A stretch of DNA of 64,000 nucleotides from an uncultured Candidatus Nitrosopelagicus sp. (GCA_964344885.1 CAYFOW010000001.1:15278-79277); one strand, 5' to 3'; numbered from the stretch's first letter, positions 1 through 8,699 are shown. Notes: a model not told the origin generated them from the sequence alone. Made by a program: numbers and translations.

Positions 1-2
1 AT

Positions 3-170
3 GATGGAAACGGACACTCACATGTTAGAGCATCATTACTAGGACCATCACTATCGATTCCATTTTCCAATTCACAGATGTTTTTAGGAACATGGCAACA
101 GATCATACTAATAGAATTTGACATCAAACCAAGAACGCGAGAGATTGTAATTCAGATTTTTGGAGAATAG
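3..170 (+). CDS. YjbQ/UPF0047 family protein, 3' end only (5' truncated by the window)
   Basis: Manual translation of frame 3: DGNGHSHVRASLLGPSLSIP...LGTWQQIILIEFD..PRTREI..QIFGE*, the typical YjbQ C-terminus. Confidence 0.85.
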   Translation, partial: DGNGHSHVRASLLGPSLSIPFSNSQMFLGTWQQIILIEFDIKPRTREIVIQIFGE

Positions 171-668
171 ATGATCATAATTTTATGTGGATTGCCAGGA
201 GTAGGTAAAACTACACTGGCAAGACAGATTGCACCGCTAATTGATGCAGACATTATTTCTACAGATAAAATAAGAAAAGTTCTCTTCAAAAATCCAACTT
301 ATAGCAAACAAGAGAGAAGCATTGTTTGGAAGACTATGATCTTAATTGCAAAGCAATTGAACAAAAGAGGAGTGAGTTGTATTTTAGATGCAACATTTAA
401 CAGAGAAGAATCAAGAAAAGAAGCAAGAAGAATTATCGGTAAGAAAGATTTTTTCATTATACAATGCAGTTGTCCAGAAAATGTAATACTTGATAGACTC
501 AGTAAAAGAAAAGGCGGAGACTCTGATGCAGGAATTGCAGTGTATAAAAAAATGAAACGTATTTTTGAACCAGTGTTAATGCCGCATATTGATATCTGTA
601 CGGATTTGTCTGCAAAAAACAATGCACAAATCATCTTAGAACAGATTAACCATGCATTAAAAAAATAA
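171..668 (+). CDS. P-loop kinase/ATPase (AAA_33-like)
   Basis: GLPGVGKT Walker A, ILDATF Walker B-like motif, 165 aa. Confidence 0.8.
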   Translation: MIIILCGLPGVGKTTLARQIAPLIDADIISTDKIRKVLFKNPTYSKQERSIVWKTMILIAKQLNKRGVSCILDATFNREESRKEARRIIGKKDFFIIQCSCPENVILDRLSKRKGGDSDAGIAVYKKMKRIFEPVLMPHIDICTDLSAKNNAQIILEQINHALKK

Positions 669-684
669 ATGAAACAAAACCATA

Positions 685-1299
685 TTGCATATATTGAAAT
701 TCAATATTTCTGATGAAGATGGAGAAACTTTAGTAAAGCTTGCACGACGTGCAGTAACAAAATTTTTGTCAGATGGTCAAAGATTAGTCATATCTTCAGA
801 ATTACAAAAAAAATTTAATTTTAATTCAGGGATTTTTGTCACCCTGAATAATTCATTAGGATTAAGAGGTTGTATTGGGTTTCCATTACCAAACAAAAAG
901 CTTTCAGAAGGCATTGTAGATGCTGCAATTGCAGCAGCTACTGAAGATCCACGGTTTGTTACAGTAAGCACAGATGAGTTAGGTGAGATAGTATTTGAAG
1001 TGACCATTCTATCACCTCCTGAAGAAATTTTGGTTTCAGATCCACTAGAATATCTAACAAAGATTAGAGTAGGAAGAGATGGGTTAATCATTACCAGCAG
1101 ATATAATTCAGGATTGTTACTTCCTCAAGTTCCAATTGAATATGGGTGGAATGAAGAGCAATTTTTAGGATATACGTGTGAGAAGGCAGGATTACCTAAT
1201 GATTACTGGAAAAAAGGGGATGTAAAAATTGAAAAATTTGAGGGAGTGGTTTTTCAAGAAGAAACACCTAATGGCATAATTGAAAAAAAGAGAATTTAG
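685..1299 (+). CDS. AMMECR1-domain protein (TIGR00296; AmmeMemoRadiSam protein A)
   Basis: GIFVTL...LRGCIG, EDPRF, GLLLPQVPIEYGW, LCEKAG-like motifs. Confidence 0.92.
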   Translation: MHILKFNISDEDGETLVKLARRAVTKFLSDGQRLVISSELQKKFNFNSGIFVTLNNSLGLRGCIGFPLPNKKLSEGIVDAAIAAATEDPRFVTVSTDELGEIVFEVTILSPPEEILVSDPLEYLTKIRVGRDGLIITSRYNSGLLLPQVPIEYGWNEEQFLGYTCEKAGLPNDYWKKGDVKIEKFEGVVFQEETPNGIIEKKRI

Positions 1300-1334
1300 A
1301 AAATACTAATCTAAAACCATGATAAAATGATAAT

Positions 1335-2171
1335 ATGGTAAATAGAGAACCTGTTGTTTCAGGAATGTTTTATCCAGGAAATAAACAAGATTTAGAAGAA
1401 TTAGTGAGGGGTTGTTTTTTACATGAATTTGGGCCAGGAAAATTACCACCAAAGGTTACAGGGGAAAAGATTTTTGGCATCATCTGTCCTCATGCAGGAT
1501 TAATTTATTCAGGACCAATTGCATGTCATTCATTTTATCAAATTTCAGATACCAAATCAGAATTGGTCATAATAGTTGGACCAAATCATTATGGGGTGGG
1601 GCAGAGAATTGCTACAACAGCAGATGATTCATGGAGCACACCGTTTGGAAAAGTAGAGATTGATACTCAGATAGCAGAGCAACTAAACAAACTTTCAGAA
1701 CAAATTAAAATTGATTCAGATTCCCATTCTCAAGAACATAGTATCGAAGTACAGATTCCAATTCTTCAAAAGACATTTACACATAATTACAAAATTCTTC
1801 CAATTTCACTACTTGATCAAAGCATAGATTCAGCAAAAATGGTTGGGAATGTAATTGCAAGAATTGCCAAAACAAATAATTCAATAATTATTGGTTCTTC
1901 GGATTTTACACATTATGAGACAAATGAATTTGCATATTTACAAGATTCTGCATTAATTGAGCCAATTTTAGAGATGAATGTAGATAAGATGTATGAAATA
2001 TTACAAGAAAAACAGGTTACATCATGTGGATATGGTGCAATGGCATCAACTATCACAGCATGCAAAGAATTAGGTGCAACTAGAGGTATATTGCAAAGAT
2101 ATGCAACAAGTGGAGATGTTCAAGGGGACAAAAATAGAGTTGTTGGATATGCATCAATAATTTTTGTATAA
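1335..2171 (+). CDS. MEMO1 family protein (AmmeMemoRadiSam protein B)
   Basis: REPVVSGMFYP, PHAGLIYSG, GPNH, EHSIEVQ, SSDFTHY, SCGYG, VVGYAS. Confidence 0.92.
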   Translation: MVNREPVVSGMFYPGNKQDLEELVRGCFLHEFGPGKLPPKVTGEKIFGIICPHAGLIYSGPIACHSFYQISDTKSELVIIVGPNHYGVGQRIATTADDSWSTPFGKVEIDTQIAEQLNKLSEQIKIDSDSHSQEHSIEVQIPILQKTFTHNYKILPISLLDQSIDSAKMVGNVIARIAKTNNSIIIGSSDFTHYETNEFAYLQDSALIEPILEMNVDKMYEILQEKQVTSCGYGAMASTITACKELGATRGILQRYATSGDVQGDKNRVVGYASIIFV

Positions 2172-2432
2172 TAATATTTTCAGAATTAGAATAGATGATG
2201 TCATAATTTCAAGAATAGTTTCAATGATTTCAGTATAGTTTCATTAATTTTAGTCATTATTTCTTACATGGATTTTGTGCCTATATTGAGTATAATTATA
2301 ATAAAACAATTAAAACATCAGTATTAGGTTCAATGCAAAACTAGAACTAGTAAAATCAAGATGAGATTTAAGATACATTGATGTGAAAGAGGACTATTAG
2401 CAGATTCTCAAAAATAGGGGAAAAAGGATATC

Positions 2433-2674
2433 TTGGAAAAACTTTCCAAAAATACCAAAAAACTTTCTGTAACAATTTAGGACTTTCCAAAAACTGAAAA
2501 AACTTTCCAAAAATACCAAAAAACTTTCCAGACTTGTACAATAACTTTACAGCATAGATTTTTGATTTACGTATACGTAAAATATCAATTAGTTTCAGAT
2601 TATAAAGTACTGATAACTTTCAGAAAGATTTTTTGTTAAAATGGAAAGTTTTGTGTTTGTACAGGAAAGTTTCC
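2433..2674. repeat. Palindrome-centred phased repeat element, copy 1
   Basis: TTTCC-type cores at 2443, 2464, 2484, 2504, 2525, 2546; palindrome TTTACGTATACGTAAA at 2566-2581; reverse cores at 2602, 2622, 2643, 2664. Confidence 0.9.
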
Positions 2675-2812
2675 TCAAAAAACAAACATGTAACTCATTA
2701 TTTTGTAAAGTATTGATTCATTTCATATTTTAAAAAAAACTAGTGTGTTGAGAAAATGTCCAATTAAATGATTTTTGAAATTTTTTGAGAAAAGAGAGGG
2801 GTAAAGGCAATT

Positions 2813-3763
2813 TCAAGGTTTTAACAGAACTTTTAGCATTCCAGGTTTTTTTGCGCGTTCAAGTGCATCATCAAATTTTTCAAGTGGAAATACAGAATCA
2901 ATCAAATCTTCAACTACAACAAGGCCAGATTCAAGTGCATTAATTGCAGGTCTGAATGGACCGCAACGAGAACCTACAATAGTGACTTCATCAATTATTG
3001 CAGGTGTCAAATCAGGCTTATTATGAGATGCTACAGTAGATTTGAGGATAATTGTTCCACGAGGCTTTACAAGAGTCATTGCATCAGAGAATCCAGAAAT
3101 ATTTCCAGTTGCTTCAATTACAAAATCAAATTTTGATTCATCATTTGAATTAATTCCAATTTTGGTAGTTACATCGTATGGATTTAATTTTTCAAGTTTT
3201 TCTTTGTGTTTTCCATAACAAACAACATCATTACAAGAATTTTTTATTACTTGAACAATTAATTGTGCCAAGCGACCATCGCCCACAATTGCAACTTTAG
3301 AATTCAAATCAATGTTAGTTTGTTCAAGTATTTCAAATGCAGCAGCCAATGGTTCTACAAATACGGCCTGTTTATCAGTTAAAGAGTCTGGAAGGACATG
3401 CAAGTTTTTTTCAGGAAGTGAGAGAAATTGTGCATAAGCACCATCACGATTCAATATTCCCAATACAGTTCTATGTGGACAATGTCGTTCAAGGTTTTTT
3501 TTGCAAAAATTACAATTTTTGCACCCTACATTAATTTCTCCAACGACTTTTTTTCCAATAAGATCTTTGTTTTCAGAGTTTATGACTTTGCCAACAAATT
3601 CATGTCCTAAGATTCCAGTATAACCCATGTATCCTCTTAGAATTTCTAAATCAGTTCCGCATATTCCTGCCAACAAAACTCTAACTAATGATTCACCAGA
3701 TTTAGGCATAGGGTAATCCGTTCTATAATGTAATTTTTTTCCATCAAAAACTACTGCATACAT
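2813..3763 (-). CDS. Zn-dependent alcohol dehydrogenase (MDR family)
   Basis: CGTD, GHE, structural Zn motif CxxCxxC...C, VEPLAAA. Confidence 0.92.
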   Translation of the reverse strand: MYAVVFDGKKLHYRTDYPMPKSGESLVRVLLAGICGTDLEILRGYMGYTGILGHEFVGKVINSENKDLIGKKVVGEINVGCKNCNFCKKNLERHCPHRTVLGILNRDGAYAQFLSLPEKNLHVLPDSLTDKQAVFVEPLAAAFEILEQTNIDLNSKVAIVGDGRLAQLIVQVIKNSCNDVVCYGKHKEKLEKLNPYDVTTKIGINSNDESKFDFVIEATGNISGFSDAMTLVKPRGTIILKSTVASHNKPDLTPAIIDEVTIVGSRCGPFRPAINALESGLVVVEDLIDSVFPLEKFDDALERAKKPGMLKVLLKP

Positions 3764-3909
3764 ATAGAAAATATTAAGTCAGTATAATTAAAAATGATGA
3801 GTTTTGCGACAAATCCATCTACAGAGTTATGAAAAGCGAACATCACATGATAATCAAAGAGTAATGAATTCAAAAAAGGTTAATCAATGAAAAAGAAAAA
3901 AATACAATA

Positions 3910-4251
3910 TTGATTAAGGCAGAGGTGATTTTTCCTTTACAGTATCTAGATATTGTTTATAGGGCATTGAAAAAATTTGGAGTAGACAACATTTTCATTA
4001 CAAAAGGGGAAAGTAGAGGATTTTTTAATCCTACAAGACGAATGACTCAGAGAGGAACAAAGATCTTTCAGCCAGAATTATCGCCAACGACTAAAATGGA
4101 GATAATCATTAAAGAAAAAGATGTGCCACAAATTACAGCAGAGATTGCACATATTACAAAAATGTCATCACAAGGTGGTGCAAAAGGAGGCAAGATTCTC
4201 ATCCAACGAATTGAGACAATCGAAGATCTGAACAAAATTGAGTTAAGATAA
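3910..4251 (+). CDS. Divergent P-II family protein
   Basis: 113 aa; SRG..., T-loop-like RGTK, KMEIII, GGKILI aligns by eye to the P-II GDGKIF; TTG start. Confidence 0.65.
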   Translation: MIKAEVIFPLQYLDIVYRALKKFGVDNIFITKGESRGFFNPTRRMTQRGTKIFQPELSPTTKMEIIIKEKDVPQITAEIAHITKMSSQGGAKGGKILIQRIETIEDLNKIELR

Positions 4252-4288
4252 AAAGAATTTAGATAGTTATGAAAAATGTTGCCAAAAT

Positions 4289-4510
4289 TTATGGCATCAT
4301 TGGTTTTTGTGAATAGTATGTTTTTCTATACATGTGTCTAACGCCCATGAATAGAACTACAGTACCAACAATTGAACCAGTAATCATTAACAGATTATCA
4401 AGTGGTTCATGTGATGGTGTCACAACTACTGTAGATTCAAATGCGTATGCCTGGCCAAGAGCCATTGATACTGCAACTGTCAACAGTGCTGCAAAAAGTA
4501 AGGATTTCAT
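4289..4510 (-). CDS. Small secreted/membrane protein, copy 1 (signal peptide, TM helix, basic tail)
   Basis: Signal peptide ending AYA, hydrophobic helix, paralog at 7735-7953. Confidence 0.75.
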   Translation of the reverse strand: MKSLLFAALLTVAVSMALGQAYAFESTVVVTPSHEPLDNLLMITGSIVGTVVLFMGVRHMYRKTYYSQKPMMP

Positions 4511-4572
4511 AAATATAGTAACTCAGAACTTGCTAATAAAACTACTATCAAATGATAATCAATTGATTATCA
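4436..4572. repeat. 137-bp exact direct repeat, copy 1 (copy 2 at 7879-8015)
   Basis: Base-by-base comparison; covers the first 25 codons of the small ORF plus 62 bp upstream. Confidence 0.9.
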
Positions 4573-4579
4573 TTTGATA
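4546..4579. promoter_or_regulatory. 34-bp perfect palindrome (three ATCA-WW-TGAT units at 11-bp spacing), putative operator
   Basis: TATCAAATGATAATCAA|TTGATTATCATTTGATA in a divergent promoter region. Confidence 0.7.
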
Positions 4580-4644
4580 ACTATCAATTATCAAACTTGA
4601 TAATATGACATATATGATATATGTGAAAACGAGCAATTATCAAC

Positions 4645-5223
4645 ATGAAAAAAATTGAGGCCATAGTAAAAACTGCGAATTTTTCAGGATTACGAGATGA
4701 ATTACTCATAATGAATCAAATTATTTTAGATCATAGAAACCTTTCAACATCAAATGTAGTTAGTAAAAGAGGAGGTAGTAGAGTTGGAAGTACTGGATTG
4801 CAAAGCATTCCGTTGACAAAGATCGAACTAGTAGTAGATGATAAATCAGCACACGATATAATCAAAGTAATAGCACAAAAATCAGGATTAGGTGCAGAAT
4901 CAAAAAGTAAGATCTACATTTCGGAGATGATTGAGGCAGTAGACATGGATACAATGGAAGGGCACTCAGATAAAGAAGAGGTAAAAACAAAAAAAGTTGC
5001 AAAGATCAAAGTAAAAGAATCAAACAAGGCAAGACTAATTCCATTGCAAAAATACACACTAAACAGAATTTCAGAAGTATATGAAAATAACAAAGAACGA
5101 CTGCAATCAGAATTCAGAATTAAATCATTTTCAGATTTTGTTAACTTTTGCATAATGGGTTATTTGCCTGAAATTGAGCAACAGTTAGCACAAGAGCTAA
5201 TCATGTATGAGAGAAAATTCTAA
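4645..5223 (+). CDS. P-II-like protein with C-terminal RHH-like extension, paralog 1
   Basis: MKKIEAIVK, KIELVVDD, KIYIS; tail ...IKSFSDFVNFCIMGYL. Confidence 0.75.
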   Translation: MKKIEAIVKTANFSGLRDELLIMNQIILDHRNLSTSNVVSKRGGSRVGSTGLQSIPLTKIELVVDDKSAHDIIKVIAQKSGLGAESKSKIYISEMIEAVDMDTMEGHSDKEEVKTKKVAKIKVKESNKARLIPLQKYTLNRISEVYENNKERLQSEFRIKSFSDFVNFCIMGYLPEIEQQLAQELIMYERKF

Positions 5224-5231
5224 ATTAAAAA

Positions 5232-6023
5232 TTAGATTTTTTCATAATTGTGTTCGTCTAAGAATTTATCCCATGCGATAATTCCGCCTTCTAGAACCTG
5301 GAATTGGATCCCGTCTTGTGCTAATTGATATGAGGCAATTGTTGCCCTATTTCCAGAACCGCAAATTACTACAACAGGAGTGTTTTGAGGAATTTCATGT
5401 ATGGAATCAAATTCAAAGATATTTGAAATCGGAATGTTAACACTACCAGATATCATAGTTTTTTCTAGCTCATGTGGTTCACGAACATCAAGTAAAAAGA
5501 GTTCATCATTATTTTTTAGACTAGACCATAATTCAGATGAAGTGATAGTAGGAGAAAGATTTGAGCTGATCAGAGAATCATTCCAAGACATCATGCCATT
5601 TTTAAGGTAATATGAAGAAAAACCATCATTTGTTAGAGATTTGTGGACGTCAGGAGAAATATTTCCATCTGAATCAACTACAATAAGAGTAATTTTTTCA
5701 TCAATCTCGGATAATCTAGAATGAATTGTTTTCATTCTCTTTTCAAGGGTTTTTTCCTCAAATTCATCAAATGCAGAACCAGGGATATGTCCTAGGATAT
5801 AATCATCAATAGAGCGAATATCAATTACAAATGTCAAATCATTTTTTGATAAAACAGATAATTCTTCAGAAGTGATTTCACCAGGAACAACCATTTCAGA
5901 TGGATTGATTACAAATGCCACAGCGCCAATGATAATAACAATTGCAGATAATACATAGACAATTTTTAATTTAACAGAATACATGTTATTGCATAAATTA
6001 AACATCATAAATAATTTACACAT
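5232..6023 (-). CDS. Membrane-anchored tandem rhodanese-domain protein
   Basis: N-terminal TM; IDIR...GHIPG and LDVRE...SGSVNIP; active-site-like VICGSGNRA only in domain 2; true start may lie downstream. Confidence 0.85.
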   Translation of the reverse strand: MCKLFMMFNLCNNMYSVKLKIVYVLSAIVIIIGAVAFVINPSEMVVPGEITSEELSVLSKNDLTFVIDIRSIDDYILGHIPGSAFDEFEEKTLEKRMKTIHSRLSEIDEKITLIVVDSDGNISPDVHKSLTNDGFSSYYLKNGMMSWNDSLISSNLSPTITSSELWSSLKNNDELFLLDVREPHELEKTMISGSVNIPISNIFEFDSIHEIPQNTPVVVICGSGNRATIASYQLAQDGIQFQVLEGGIIAWDKFLDEHNYEKI

Positions 6024-6068
6024 ACAGGCACTTTTGAAGTAGAATAAAATAAGAAAATGAGTTGGGGT

Positions 6069-6398
6069 TTAAAGCCCAGATTGACCGTTTGTGATGTTAT
6101 ATGTCTCTTCAATTGGTGAGACAAGAATTATTCCATCACCAGAGCTTCCCGTTTTTGCCTCTTTTAGAATGCAATCAATTACAGTTTGTTTATCAGAGTC
6201 ATCTACTATAGTAGTGAACTCTATTCTATCTGCCAAATCAATTACATAGGTAAGGCCTCTATGGGATAGGGTTTGTGGTTCACTTTGACCTAGGCCTCGA
6301 ACATTTGAGACCGTAATACCAAAGTTTCCAGCACTCTTTAGAGCAGTCTTAACAGAATCTAGTTTTTCGGATCTAATAACAGCAGTTATCCGTTTCAT
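6069..6398 (-). CDS. glnK: P-II nitrogen regulator (GlnK/GlnB) coupled to amt
   Basis: AVIR, VRGLGQ, TGSSGDGII; 4-bp overlap with the amt stop. Confidence 0.85.
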   Translation of the reverse strand: MKRITAVIRSEKLDSVKTALKSAGNFGITVSNVRGLGQSEPQTLSHRGLTYVIDLADRIEFTTIVDDSDKQTVIDCILKEAKTGSSGDGIILVSPIEETYNITNGQSGL

Positions 6399-7633
6399 TT
6401 CGCTTCTCCCGGATATGCTATTTCACCGTGTAATGCAATATCTTCGCCCATTTCTTCTTCCTCTTCGGTAACCCGTATTGGTTTGAAGAAGTTTATCAAC
6501 TTCAAAATTGCCACCGTACCACCGAAACAGAACAACGCCGTTGCAACTGTTCCAAGTAATTGTACTGGGATCAATTCAGCTGAGCCGTATACAAGACCAG
6601 TGTGAGCACCGCTTGTAATATACGGAGAAGCAAATAGTGCGATTGCGATTGCACCCCAGACACCTGTAAGTCCATGGATTGCGATAACATCACATGCGTC
6701 ATCAACCTTGTACTTTTCTTTAATAAGCAAGATTCCTCCAAAGAATACGAGTCCTGAAACAAGTCCAACTACTAGACCAGCCCATGGCTCGATAAATCCT
6801 GCTGCTGGAGTAATACCAGCCATACCTGCTATTGCACCGTTTGCACCCATTGATGTACTTGGTTTTTTGGTTTTATACCAAGCAGCAAGCATACAAGTCA
6901 AAGCACCACCAGCAGCTGCTAGATTAGTTCCAACAATTGCGGTTACTGCAATTCCATCAGCAGCAAGAGCACTTCCACCATTGAAGCCATTCCAACCTAA
7001 CCAGAGTAAGAACATTGCAATGAATTGATATGGAATGTTGTGACCTTGGGCGACTTTGGCAGTTCCAAAGTCTTTTCGTCTTCCCAAAACCAATGCTGCT
7101 GCAAGAGATGCAAATCCTGCAGATACATGCACAACCCATCCGCCGGCAAAGTCAAGACCGCCTAATTCGGCAAGCCAGCCTCCACCCCAAACAGAGTGTG
7201 CCAAAGGTGTGTAGATAACTATCATCCAAATTGGGATGAATGCCAACCAGGCACCAAATCTCATGCGTTCTGCAATTCCTCCAGAAATGAGCGCAATTGT
7301 AATTGCAGCAAACATTCCCTGATACAAGAAAATTAAGTATCCAGGAATTGTTGGGGCAAGATCAAGGGGTTCCATTCCCACATTCATCAAGAATGCATAA
7401 TCCATGCCGCCAATGATTCCCATGCCACCGACGTCTGAGCCAAATGCCAAGGTAAATCCAACTGCAAACCAGGTGATCAAACCAAACATTGCAGTTGCCA
7501 AAACTTTCATGAAAATTGATGCAGTGTTCTTAGAGCGGATTAATCCAGCCTCTAGTAAACCTACACCACCGATCATCAGAAGTACAAGGCCTGTGGATAC
7601 CATTATCCATGTTGTGTCTCCTGAATCTATCAT
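6395..7633 (-). CDS. amt: Ammonium transporter (Amt)
   Basis: DFAGG..VH and DV..IHG twin His, WNGFNGGS, YQGMFA, C-terminal EEEEMGED..HGE.AY. Confidence 0.97.
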   Translation of the reverse strand: MIDSGDTTWIMVSTGLVLLMIGGVGLLEAGLIRSKNTASIFMKVLATAMFGLITWFAVGFTLAFGSDVGGMGIIGGMDYAFLMNVGMEPLDLAPTIPGYLIFLYQGMFAAITIALISGGIAERMRFGAWLAFIPIWMIVIYTPLAHSVWGGGWLAELGGLDFAGGWVVHVSAGFASLAAALVLGRRKDFGTAKVAQGHNIPYQFIAMFLLWLGWNGFNGGSALAADGIAVTAIVGTNLAAAGGALTCMLAAWYKTKKPSTSMGANGAIAGMAGITPAAGFIEPWAGLVVGLVSGLVFFGGILLIKEKYKVDDACDVIAIHGLTGVWGAIAIALFASPYITSGAHTGLVYGSAELIPVQLLGTVATALFCFGGTVAILKLINFFKPIRVTEEEEEMGEDIALHGEIAYPGEAK

Positions 7634-7734
7634 GATTGTTAGATGAGGTCAGTTCATTGCATTTAACTAATAATAAATTTCGTAATAGTTTGATTGGAAA
7701 ATGATAATCAAAAAAGGGGTTTATGAGCCAAAAT

Positions 7735-7953
7735 TTATGGCATCATTGGTTTTTCAGTAACCCAAGATTTTCCATACATGTGCCTAATGCCCATGAATAG
7801 AACTGCAGTACCAACAATTGAACCAGCAATCATAAGCAGGTGATCTGTGGCACTCTGGGGGGATACAGTTACTGTTGGTTCAAATGCGTATGCCTGGCCA
7901 AGAGCCATTGATACTGCAACTGTCAACAGTGCTGCAAAAAGTAAGGATTTCAT
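7735..7953 (-). CDS. Small secreted/membrane protein, copy 2
   Basis: Paralog of 4289-4510 with an identical signal peptide. Confidence 0.75.
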   Translation of the reverse strand: MKSLLFAALLTVAVSMALGQAYAFEPTVTVSPQSATDHLLMIAGSIVGTAVLFMGIRHMYGKSWVTEKPMMP

Positions 7954-8015
7954 AAATATAGTAACTCAGAACTTGCTAATAAAACTACTATCAAATGATA
8001 ATCAATTGATTATCA
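7879..8015. repeat. 137-bp exact direct repeat, copy 2, including the 20-bp palindrome TGATAATCAATTGATTATCA (7996-8015)
   Basis: Identical to 4436-4572. Confidence 0.9.
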
Positions 8016-8069
8016 AAATTATACCAAATAATGTCTATTTTAAATGCGATTAGAATTACAGAATTCACA

Positions 8070-8699
8070 TTGAAGAAAATTGAAGCCATTGTCAAGACAG
8101 TGAATTTCTCAGCAATTCGTGATGAGCTTTTGATGATGGGTCATTTAGTTATAGATCATAGAAATCTTACAACATCAAATGTTGTAGGTAAGAGAGGAGG
8201 TAGTAGAGTTGGAAGTTCAGGACTTCAAAGTATACCGTTAACAAAAATGGAATTAGTAGTAGACGATAAATCAGCACATGAAGTTATCAGGGTGATCTCT
8301 CAGAAATCAGGGTTAGGTGCAGAATCAAGAAATAAAATCTACATTTCAGAGATGACTGAGGCAGTAGACATGGATACAATGGAGGGACATGTGGAATTGG
8401 AGCCAACTGAAAAACCAGAATTAGAACAATTAGAGATACAGCCTCAAAGTATAGAAATTAAATCAAGTGTAAAAAAGCCGAAAATCAGATCAGATGGGAA
8501 AAAGAGTCGTCTTGTCCCCTTACAAAAATATACACTTAATCGAGTAACAGAGATTTATGATAAAAATACAGATAGGTTGAGATCCGAATATCGTATTAAA
8601 TCATTTTCAGATTTTGTAAATTTCTGTATTTTAGGATATTTGCCAACAATTGAGGAGCAATTAGCACAGAAGACAATAATGTATGAGAGGAGATTTTAG
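8070..8699 (+). CDS. P-II-like protein with C-terminal RHH-like extension, paralog 2
   Basis: ORF track 8031-8699; TTG at 8070 gives MKKIEAIVK as in paralog 1. Confidence 0.75.
   Translation: MKKIEAIVKTVNFSAIRDELLMMGHLVIDHRNLTTSNVVGKRGGSRVGSSGLQSIPLTKMELVVDDKSAHEVIRVISQKSGLGAESRNKIYISEMTEAVDMDTMEGHVELEPTEKPELEQLEIQPQSIEIKSSVKKPKIRSDGKKSRLVPLQKYTLNRVTEIYDKNTDRLRSEYRIKSFSDFVNFCILGYLPTIEEQLAQKTIMYERRF

Noticed and set aside
2441-2550. Short direct repeats as a CRISPR array
   Set aside because: Units are only ~7 bp with ~13-bp low-complexity spacers, there is an inverted arm, and no cas genes are present.
4608-4624. ACATATAT-G-ATATATGT palindrome
   Set aside because: Low-complexity AT alternation at the expected TATA position; cannot be separated from core promoter sequence.
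6395-7633. Visibly higher GC in amt as evidence of horizontal transfer
   Set aside because: Explainable by Gly/Ala-rich membrane protein composition and high-expression codon usage; not quantified.
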